The position numbers and the translations under genes are program-made. Shown piece after piece: positions 37,491 to 44,916 of a stretch of 64,000 nucleotides of DNA. A model generated the notes under the pieces. That model had not been told where the DNA came from and searched no databases. It saw only the letters and a list, made by a program, of their open reading frames with translations. Origin of the DNA: a virus (taxonomy: Duplodnaviria > Caudoviricetes); the IMG/VR virus record IMGVR_UViG_3300020577_002429, positions 17,943 through 81,942 of that record; one strand, written 5' to 3'. Within the stretch, counting starts at the first letter, position 1. Each line of letters opens with the position of its first letter.

Positions 37491-38303
37491 ATGAAGATTT
37501 GTAGTAAATGTAAGATAGAAAAAGAATTCAGCCATTTTAGTATTAGGGAGTATAAGAATGATATTCCTATCTATAGAAATCATTGTAAAGTTTGCCGAAC
37601 TAACCATACAATGACGAAAGTACGAGAGAATCCAGAGCAAACAAAGCAGAAAAAAAGAGAGAGTTACCATAAAAATAAAGAAGGTAGCTTAGCTAGAAAA
37701 AAGGCTAAGTATCGAAGTAATCCGGAACCGACAAAGATTGCAAATAAGAAATACTATGAATTGAACCGTGACAAAAAACTACAATACGCTAAAGAGTATA
37801 GACAATCTCGTAAAGAAGAGAATAAAGAATATCAGGCTAATTATAGAATTGAAAATAAAGAATTAAGACGAAAAGCTCACTATAATTGGGAGAAAAAAGA
37901 ATTAGAAAGTAATCCTGCATATAGAATTACAAAAAATTTACGAAATAGACTTAGAAATGCTCTTCATAGAATTGGTGCAGCAAAAGCTACTTCCGCTATA
38001 CATAAATTAATGAAAGATGATCTGTATTTAATGGAGCATTTTGAAAAGCAATGGCAACCGGGAATGACATGGGATAACTACGGAGACGAAGATAATTATT
38101 GGAATATAGACCATCACATCCCTTTTGCATATTTCGATGATGAACAATTAAAAGATCCATTAAATCAAAAAATACTAAATCATCCGATAAATCTTAGGCC
38201 ATTATGGGCGGCTGATAATTTACTCAAATCTGACACAATCCCCGACGACGTTGAGTTTGTGCTAAATCAAATTAAGAAAGCAATAGAAGATGAGTCGATT
38301 TAA
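37491..38303 (+). CDS. HNH-like endonuclease
   Basis: CSKC..CKVC; WNIDHHIPFA...NHPINLRPLWAADNLLKSD; paralogous to 36147..36866. Confidence 0.85.
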   Translation: MKICSKCKIEKEFSHFSIREYKNDIPIYRNHCKVCRTNHTMTKVRENPEQTKQKKRESYHKNKEGSLARKKAKYRSNPEPTKIANKKYYELNRDKKLQYAKEYRQSRKEENKEYQANYRIENKELRRKAHYNWEKKELESNPAYRITKNLRNRLRNALHRIGAAKATSAIHKLMKDDLYLMEHFEKQWQPGMTWDNYGDEDNYWNIDHHIPFAYFDDEQLKDPLNQKILNHPINLRPLWAADNLLKSDTIPDDVEFVLNQIKKAIEDESI

Positions 38304-39084
38304 TGTTGGTAATAAGGACATACAAGCATCAACGGCATGGCAATATCAACGACGATTAGAATCAGCGGCTACCGAAGCTAATCATCCATACTGGAATAAT
38401 TTAGATTTAACATTAAAAAATACAATCATAAAAGAAATATCAATAACAGAAGCTCGCCCTATTATTGAAAAATATGAATGGCTTGGAACTATAGCTGCTG
38501 TAAACAAGCATGCCTACGGGATTTATTTTAAAGATAATACAACAGGACTAAGTGTGTGTGGTGGGGTTGTAGTTTTTGGGAGTGAGTATTCCGAGAACTT
38601 AGGTGTTTGGGATAAGTATGGATTTTCTAATAAAATAATACTTCTCAATCGGGGAGTATGTCTGCATTGGACACCTAAAAATACAGCCTCTTATCTGATC
38701 ATGGCGGCTATAAAAATGCTACCAAAACAATATGAAATAGTCACCTGTACCGTCGATCATAATGCTGGAGAAGTCGGGACTATATACCAGTCCTGTAATT
38801 TTCATTATGTAGGATCTATGGGTAAGCCGGATAGACTTAGGTTTGCTGTAGAGATAAACGGTAAGATTTATGGGTCTAGAGCAATGAGAGTTAAAGTGGG
38901 TAGCCAAAAAAAAGCCGATATACTAGCTAAATATCCTGATGCGAAGTTTATTAAACAAAAATCAAAACACAGATATTTTTACTTTAATTGTGATAGAAGA
39001 AAGAAAAGGGAATATTTATCTAGAATTGAACACATGATAATTCCATATAAAAAAAGGGAGTCGAAAGACTCCCCTCAGAGATAA
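38290..39084 (+). CDS. mom: Mom-like GNAT-fold DNA adenine modification enzyme
   Basis: LLNRGVCLHWTPKNTASYLI...VDHNAGEVGTIYQSCNFHYVGS matches the Mu Mom pattern LELNRMW...PRNSESRAI...AD...GVVYQASNF.FIGS (recalled). Confidence 0.8.
   Translation: MSRFNVGNKDIQASTAWQYQRRLESAATEANHPYWNNLDLTLKNTIIKEISITEARPIIEKYEWLGTIAAVNKHAYGIYFKDNTTGLSVCGGVVVFGSEYSENLGVWDKYGFSNKIILLNRGVCLHWTPKNTASYLIMAAIKMLPKQYEIVTCTVDHNAGEVGTIYQSCNFHYVGSMGKPDRLRFAVEINGKIYGSRAMRVKVGSQKKADILAKYPDAKFIKQKSKHRYFYFNCDRRKKREYLSRIEHMIIPYKKRESKDSPQR
39049..39073 (-). terminator. intrinsic terminator after major capsid gene
   Basis: Minus strand GGGAGTC-TTTC-GACTCCC followed by TTTTTTT. Confidence 0.85.
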
Positions 39085-39099
39085 CTTTTAAAGTATCAA

Positions 39100-40329
39100 T
39101 TAAGAAACTTTTAAGTTAGTTACAAGCACCTGGCGGCCAATCTTATTGCATAGTAATGCCTGGTCAGTGTATGCACGAAGTTCAACACCTGCATGAGATT
39201 GCAGTTCCAGGAAGTACTTATCTGGTTGTCCAGGACGTTTGAAAGTAACGTCTGTAGAACCGATACGTCTCCAGTCATCTTTACAGATGATGAAAGCGTG
39301 ACCTTCTTTAACGTGGATGTATGGGATAATCTCAACCATACCGTTTTGAGAATGGAACTTGATTGAACGAGCGCCATTTTCAGCTTGGTTAGAAGAGTAA
39401 GAACTGTCATACATACGTAAAGCAGCTTGCTCAGTTAATAAATCATCCCAGTGACCTGGATTACAGAAAACTACTACGTCTTTATCTAAACCTTTTTCAA
39501 CACCTTTAGTGATAGCTTGTTGAATAACAGCGAAAGATAAAACGTCAGCTGTAGGTAAAGCGTACTGAGTACCTTCCCATAATTCGTATTGAGCAGCATC
39601 AATACCGAACATTACGCCTGTGTTTTCCATGATCTTTTTCATACCGATCATTTGTTTACCAAATGCGCCAGCAGGATATAACTTATGTCCAGCAGCGGCA
39701 CCAACGATACCAACACCTTGTAAAGTTACAATTTTAGTTGATAAATCAACGCGTTGTACTTGAGCTGTTCCAACTAAAGTAACACCATTGTACAAATCAA
39801 CTTTCATACCACGAGAACCAGCCCAGATACCTGGAGCAAATTCAGCATCAGTAATTTTGAAAGAAGTAGCTGTAGGAGCTGGAGAAGAGTCTAAAACTCC
39901 GATACCATCTTGTCCGTACATTAATTCAACTTCTAATTTTTTGTATAATGAATCCATCATGTTTTGGATTACATACTTAGTTGTTTCTTGGAAAGCTTGC
40001 TCACTACCTTGAGAACGGAAAATTGATTCGTATGACATTGCAGAACGCAATACGATTTGGTTTCCTTTGATAGTTGCTTGCTTAACTGCACCAGCTACTG
40101 CATCGTTCAATTGGAACGCACCAGCATCAGATGATTCGTAAGTTACGCCATGCTCTAATCCTAAAATTACAGCTACGTTATATGATTCACCTGTTTTTGC
40201 TTTTGGCAAGAAAGGGATCATTTCCGCTACCTTTTTACCAACTGGGATGATGTTTTCTAAATCACCATAAACTTTTTTAAAGAGACCGTTCGCAGTTGTA
40301 ATGTCAACTGCACCTGGAAAATCTGCCAT
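39100..40329 (-). CDS. major capsid protein (HK97 fold)
   Basis: 409 aa directly downstream of scaffold, own promoter and terminator; DLLYG-like ELMYGQDG, VFCNPGHWDDL. Confidence 0.85.
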   Translation of the reverse strand: MADFPGAVDITTANGLFKKVYGDLENIIPVGKKVAEMIPFLPKAKTGESYNVAVILGLEHGVTYESSDAGAFQLNDAVAGAVKQATIKGNQIVLRSAMSYESIFRSQGSEQAFQETTKYVIQNMMDSLYKKLEVELMYGQDGIGVLDSSPAPTATSFKITDAEFAPGIWAGSRGMKVDLYNGVTLVGTAQVQRVDLSTKIVTLQGVGIVGAAAGHKLYPAGAFGKQMIGMKKIMENTGVMFGIDAAQYELWEGTQYALPTADVLSFAVIQQAITKGVEKGLDKDVVVFCNPGHWDDLLTEQAALRMYDSSYSSNQAENGARSIKFHSQNGMVEIIPYIHVKEGHAFIICKDDWRRIGSTDVTFKRPGQPDKYFLELQSHAGVELRAYTDQALLCNKIGRQVLVTNLKVS

Positions 40330-40380
40330 TTTAATATCCTTTGTTTTTTATGTTATTGTTGTTTTTAGTACATTTTTTAC

Positions 40381-40409
40381 TTGACATTTCACCTACTATG
40401 TGGTATCCT
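40381..40409 (+). promoter_or_regulatory. sigma70-type promoter antisense to the MCP leader
   Basis: TTGACA-17 nt-TATCCT with TGn; no plausible sense ORF downstream. Confidence 0.6.
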
Positions 40410-40470
40410 AGAGGCAGTTGCTTATCTAAGAGCCGTTGAGTTCAGCCGATGACAAATATAGATGTCCTAA

Positions 40471-40483
40471 TAATATATGTTAA
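40471..40483 (-). promoter_or_regulatory. putative late promoter motif (MCP)
   Basis: TTAACATATATTA, 141 nt before the MCP ATG. Confidence 0.75.
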
Positions 40484-40503
40484 AACTATCGTTATTCTGG
40501 TTA

Positions 40504-41427
40504 TTACCAACCACCCATGTCTTCAATTCTAATCTTCTTAGGTGCTGTTGGAGTCGCTTCTGTAGTCTTAGTTGTAGAAGGGGTAGATGAAGTAGGAGTT
40601 TTCTTAACTTTAGCTACCGAGTGTTTGCGGTATTCATTAAGAACATCTTTACCTAATAACTTTTCAAGCTTAGCTGGTTCTCTATGCTTACCAATAAGAC
40701 TACCAAAATCACTCTTCATTCTACCTTCAACGTAAGGCATAATGTCTTCTACAGTAACATCTTCCCATCCAGCTTCAATAGCAGAAGCCATAGCATCAGC
40801 TACTCTACGGATAAAGAATGGTTCAGCAGGAAGATCACTCTTCTCTAAAGCTTGAATCATGCTGTTTTCAATCTCAGTCTGATTACGACGAGTTGCTTCT
40901 TCTAATTGCTGAGCACGACGAGCGTCTTCTTCTTTTTTCTTATTATCTTCATATTCTTTTAACTTACGTTCATACTCTTCAAGCTTCTTTTGCTCAGGAG
41001 ACTTCTGTTGTTCTTCTAAGTCCTGTAAAAGAACTTGTTCAGCTAATTTTCGGATATCTAAGCCTAATGCCGGATTACGAAGTACCGACAAGGGGTCATT
41101 TTGTAACATCTCAACTAGCTGCTCAGCTTGCTTTTTATAACTAGAAGCTTCTTGAAACTTCTCATCAGCAGCCATAGCTTTCTGTAAGTATTTCTTAACT
41201 TCTTCATCATTATCCATATCAAGGTCAATCTTCTTAGATTTACCATTGACTTTAAGTTCGTATGATTTTAAAGCTTTTTTTATTTCTTCTTGCTTTTTAG
41301 CTTCTTGTGCTGGCGTTTCTTGAGTTTCTTCACCAGAGGCTTCTAACTCTTGACCTTCGATTGCTTCGACTTCGGGAGCCGTTTCTACTGCTTCTGGCGC
41401 AGGAGCGCCTGTGTTTTCTTCTGACAT
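40504..41427 (-). CDS. capsid scaffolding protein
   Basis: Acidic helical; YELKVNGKSKKIDL...YLQKAMAADEKFQEAS motif; upstream of MCP. Confidence 0.8.
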   Translation of the reverse strand: MSEENTGAPAPEAVETAPEVEAIEGQELEASGEETQETPAQEAKKQEEIKKALKSYELKVNGKSKKIDLDMDNDEEVKKYLQKAMAADEKFQEASSYKKQAEQLVEMLQNDPLSVLRNPALGLDIRKLAEQVLLQDLEEQQKSPEQKKLEEYERKLKEYEDNKKKEEDARRAQQLEEATRRNQTEIENSMIQALEKSDLPAEPFFIRRVADAMASAIEAGWEDVTVEDIMPYVEGRMKSDFGSLIGKHREPAKLEKLLGKDVLNEYRKHSVAKVKKTPTSSTPSTTKTTEATPTAPKKIRIEDMGGW

Positions 41428-41444
41428 ACTTTTTTCCTTTTTAT

Positions 41445-41492
41445 AGTCCCAAATAAGGGATATAGTTTAAAGTGGACAGTCCCAACATGGGA
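41445..41492 (-). repeat. tandem hairpins in scaffold 5' UTR
   Basis: Two TCCC-(5/6 nt)-GGGA hairpins, each with AGTCCCAA on the plus strand. Confidence 0.6.
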
Positions 41493-41502
41493 GTAGTCTC
41501 AT

Positions 41503-41514
41503 AAATATATGTTA
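41503..41514 (-). promoter_or_regulatory. putative late promoter motif (variant, scaffold)
   Basis: TAACATATATTT. Confidence 0.6.
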
Positions 41515-41516
41515 TT

Positions 41517-41936
41517 TTAGTCGCCTATTATTTTTGTTACGTCTTCAGACCCTGGACGCTTGAGTTTTTTCTCAGCTTCTTGTGCTCTATCTATTAAGTC
41601 TATATCAATATTTCTACGTCTACGTAGTTTTTCAGCATCTGATAAGATGTCTTTAGGGTACGAGTTAATCAACTCCTCTTCCGTAAGTTGTCTACCATAT
41701 CCCCTATCTTGAATTGCCTTTTTTAATTGCTGAAACTCATTTACAGCGGCTTGCATTTCAGGAACATTTAAACTCTTAATACCGCCAGAAGCACTAGCCA
41801 TATCTTCCAACATACTCTGCGTATATCCTGGTTGAAGTTTAAATTGATTATCAATACGATTAAGATGCGGCGCAGCCTTAGCTTCCTGCTCTTGTGCGAA
41901 TTGTTTCATTTTAGCAAATAATTCTTTTGGGTCCAT
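41517..41936 (-). CDS. hypothetical protein
   Basis: ORF track. Confidence 0.6.
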   Translation of the reverse strand: MDPKELFAKMKQFAQEQEAKAAPHLNRIDNQFKLQPGYTQSMLEDMASASGGIKSLNVPEMQAAVNEFQQLKKAIQDRGYGRQLTEEELINSYPKDILSDAEKLRRRRNIDIDLIDRAQEAEKKLKRPGSEDVTKIIGD

Positions 41937-41937
41937 A

Positions 41938-42087
41938 TTACTTCTTTTTCAACTTCTCTTTAAGTTTAGAAAACGCTTCTTTGGGTGTGGCATCTATCAT
42001 TTCTTTTGCTACTTTTTTAGGTACGCCAGTATCTTTTTTTAAAGAAGCATACATTAGTCTTTGTTGTGCGCGTGATTTTAAAGGCAT
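41938..42087 (-). CDS. 49-aa basic protein (MPxKSxAQ phage family; not in ORF track)
   Basis: MPLKSRAQQRLMYASLKKDTGVPKKVAKEMIDATPKEAFSKLKEKLKKK. Confidence 0.7.
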   Translation of the reverse strand: MPLKSRAQQRLMYASLKKDTGVPKKVAKEMIDATPKEAFSKLKEKLKKK

Positions 42088-42089
42088 GA

Positions 42090-42542
42090 CTATCTCGCTT
42101 TCATCTTATTTAATAAATTAGGCATAATACCTAGTTCTTGTTTAGCCTTTTCAATTCTATCTTCATATAAGCCCATATTCTTAAGCTTATCTTCATTAGA
42201 CTCCATAGAAGCATTATGACCTTTAAAGTGACCAACAGCTGCTGGAGTAAGTTGTCCTTGATTCTTTTTTAATAGATGTTCGGCAAGTTTAGTCATAACT
42301 TCTTCTTGCATTTCAGGATTTTGTTCTAACATCTTCTGCATTTCAAATTTATCATCAGTATTCTTAAACTCAGAAGAAGGGCTTCTATTAAGCATTTCTT
42401 GAGCCGTTGTAGGCTTTATTCCATAACGTCCAACAGCATTTGTTCCATCTTTTAATAGAGCATGGTCAGTCATAGTTCCATCACGACTTTCTAGCTTAGA
42501 CATCAAATCAATAAGAGCTTGTTGTTGAGCAGATCTATCCAT
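42090..42542 (-). CDS. lysozyme/SLT-like protein
   Basis: LESRDG...AVGRYGIKPTTA resembles the transglycosylase E-S / G..Q...T motifs. Confidence 0.5.
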   Translation of the reverse strand: MDRSAQQQALIDLMSKLESRDGTMTDHALLKDGTNAVGRYGIKPTTAQEMLNRSPSSEFKNTDDKFEMQKMLEQNPEMQEEVMTKLAEHLLKKNQGQLTPAAVGHFKGHNASMESNEDKLKNMGLYEDRIEKAKQELGIMPNLLNKMKAR

Positions 42543-43048
42543 TATACAACCCTCTTTACGCCAATTATGTTAATTATTTTATTAAAATCACTAGGAGTAA
42601 CGCTTTCTTGATCAGCAATAACTTTAGGGTATGCTTCTTCTAATATTACATATCCCAACTCTGAGCAGATGAATTGCTCATTACCATTAGCAACAAGCTT
42701 TATGTCTTTTGTTTGAAATATCTTCTGTAATGCTATGTTGAGTATTTGTAGTATGCTATATTTTAATCCAAGAAGAGAGTTCATCTTCTTTCGGATAGTC
42801 ATATACACGCTATCCAATACCTGCATTTCATATTCTTCTATGATGACATTTGAAGCAAGAAACATAGCTTCAGATACTACATTAACATCCCCATGACTAG
42901 CCTGAAAAATCATAACATCTTTAGTAAATTCATCTACATATTTAACATATACATGTGAGTATGGTCTTTTCTCAACTAACTGAATAGCCTTACTAAAAGG
43001 CTTACACCCAATACTTCTACTAAATCCGAAAGTTAATATTTTACTCAT
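42542..43048 (-). CDS. permuted papain-like (YiiX/YaeF, NlpC/P60) amidase-like protein
   Basis: PYSHVYV (His first) ... FICSEL (Cys) ... VTPSDF. Confidence 0.7.
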   Translation of the reverse strand: MSKILTFGFSRSIGCKPFSKAIQLVEKRPYSHVYVKYVDEFTKDVMIFQASHGDVNVVSEAMFLASNVIIEEYEMQVLDSVYMTIRKKMNSLLGLKYSILQILNIALQKIFQTKDIKLVANGNEQFICSELGYVILEEAYPKVIADQESVTPSDFNKIINIIGVKRVV

Positions 43049-43060
43049 AGTACCACCTAT

Positions 43061-43073
43061 TAATATATGTTAA
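43061..43073 (-). promoter_or_regulatory. putative late promoter motif
   Basis: TTAACATATATTA, 12 nt before ATG 43048 with SD AGGTGG between. Confidence 0.75.
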
Positions 43074-43544
43074 TTACAAAGTAGCTGCATATGTCCAGAT
43101 ATTATCCAGATCCGCAGACGTCAGTCCCAATGATGAAGCTAAGGAATTAACTAAAGCGTTACTCCTAAGCATCTCATTTGAATACTCCCATTGCTGTAAA
43201 GCTAGAGATCTATTCGGTTCTGACAATGTCTCAATGAATGATTTTATCGCATCAGGATGTAAATTTGGTTTACTTTGTTGAAAAGAAATCAAAACTAATG
43301 CAGTGCGTAGTTGTTGGTTTGTAACAGGAGATATCACTTTGCTTTTTGAAGCCTGCCACGCTGCTATGATAGGATCTTGACTAGACACGTAAGAAGCATA
43401 GTCTTCGTCGGACATTACTGTATACCCTAGTGATTCTAAAGTTAGCTGTTCTCCTAGAACACAATCTTGCACAGTAAAGGGTACCGTAGCTGGTATATTT
43501 TCTGGATTAAACTCGGCTTGAGACCACATTTTAAATGCTTTCAT
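43074..43544 (-). CDS. fibre-associated chaperone-like protein
   Basis: VTNQQLRTAL...QWEYSNEMLRSNALVNSLASSLGLTSADLDNIW motif typical of genes following fibres. Confidence 0.55.
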   Translation of the reverse strand: MKAFKMWSQAEFNPENIPATVPFTVQDCVLGEQLTLESLGYTVMSDEDYASYVSSQDPIIAAWQASKSKVISPVTNQQLRTALVLISFQQSKPNLHPDAIKSFIETLSEPNRSLALQQWEYSNEMLRSNALVNSLASSLGLTSADLDNIWTYAATL

Positions 43545-43575
43545 TTTATACCTCTCTTAAATTCCGATGATACTA

Positions 43576-44916
43576 TCATGTTATATCTCTCACGGTGATA
43601 AATGTTGAATTATACACTGAAATGGTCTGTCCGTTCGTCTCTGACCTAAATGCAGGGGTTAGCGTACCACTTGTTGTACAAGTAAAAACACCATAAATCT
43701 TACCAATATATAAAGTACCGGCTGAAGGTACTGCCGTAGATGTAATAACGGTACCTATTCCTGAAATTGGTATAAACTGGTTAGCATTTGTTGAAGTTTG
43801 AAAAGATCCAGTTGCTGTTATTGTTCCAGCCACTCCACCGCTTCCGGTCATTGACCAAGCTGCGCCTGTAGTTGCCACAGCAGATGAGTATTCGATTACC
43901 GTTTCAAATGCATACCACCTACCAGCAACAACCGGAAAAGATAAAGCTGTCATATTAACAAGAGTTACGCTAGAGCTATTAGTTAAAGTACCTTGAACTC
44001 GTGAAATTGTTGTTTTGTTTAACTGAGCTTGTAGTTTCCCAATGGCTTGTAAAACAGTGTCAGCTGCTGTAACTGCTGTACCTGTTGTCAAACTTAAACC
44101 GGTTAAAACCGTTGATCTTACAGCATCAGCAAAGTCTGAAACTGCTGCTGCAACAATCGAAATCGCTGTATTTACAACCCCTGTGATTCTACCCTTTGCG
44201 TCTGTCGTTAACACTGGAACTTGCGACGCAGATCCATAAGTACTAGCAGTTCCAACATCAGGCATTGAAATGGTTCTATTGGCTGTAATATCTCCACCAC
44301 CAGATAGTCCAGCACCGGCAGAAATACTAACAGTAGTGTGGTCTATATGACGATTAGCTGTATAATTCTGTAGAGAGTTATGATCAACTCCGGCAGGTAG
44401 TACCGCAGCAGATATTGTATTCGCTACATCATTGTAAGTGAAGTCAACACTAGCTGTATCAGTAAGGATAGTTCCTACCGCATCTTGGGCTTGTTCATCA
44501 GTATAAGACCCCCCACCACCACCTGTACTGTCAATTGTCAAAGTGTTTGCTACATCATTATAAGTTAATGTTATATTTGTACCAGCAGTAAGTAACGTAG
44601 CAACTCTATCATCAACTGCCTCTGAGAAATCTGAAATTGTAGAAGCTAGCTGAGTTCCGGTATGATTAGCTCTATCTCTATCGGCAGTAGAAGCAGCACT
44701 AACTGTTGACGTGACCTGAGCTACGGTTTGATAGCCCGATGGATTAGACGCATCATATTTTAAATTTAAGGCAGCTTGAGTTGTTGCATTATCAGCCTTA
44801 GCGTCAGTTTGTGTCTTGAGTTGCAGCAAAGCATCCTGAACATTATCAGCACTAACTCCAGAAATAGCATCAATAGGAAGTCCAGAACCTGACTGTGTTG
44901 TACTTATCTTACTCAT
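43576..44916 (-). CDS. fibre protein
   Basis: RANHTGTQLASTISDF, AQDAVG, TYGSASQVPVLTTDAKGRITG modules. Confidence 0.7.
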   Translation of the reverse strand: MSKISTTQSGSGLPIDAISGVSADNVQDALLQLKTQTDAKADNATTQAALNLKYDASNPSGYQTVAQVTSTVSAASTADRDRANHTGTQLASTISDFSEAVDDRVATLLTAGTNITLTYNDVANTLTIDSTGGGGGSYTDEQAQDAVGTILTDTASVDFTYNDVANTISAAVLPAGVDHNSLQNYTANRHIDHTTVSISAGAGLSGGGDITANRTISMPDVGTASTYGSASQVPVLTTDAKGRITGVVNTAISIVAAAVSDFADAVRSTVLTGLSLTTGTAVTAADTVLQAIGKLQAQLNKTTISRVQGTLTNSSSVTLVNMTALSFPVVAGRWYAFETVIEYSSAVATTGAAWSMTGSGGVAGTITATGSFQTSTNANQFIPISGIGTVITSTAVPSAGTLYIGKIYGVFTCTTSGTLTPAFRSETNGQTISVYNSTFITVRDIT

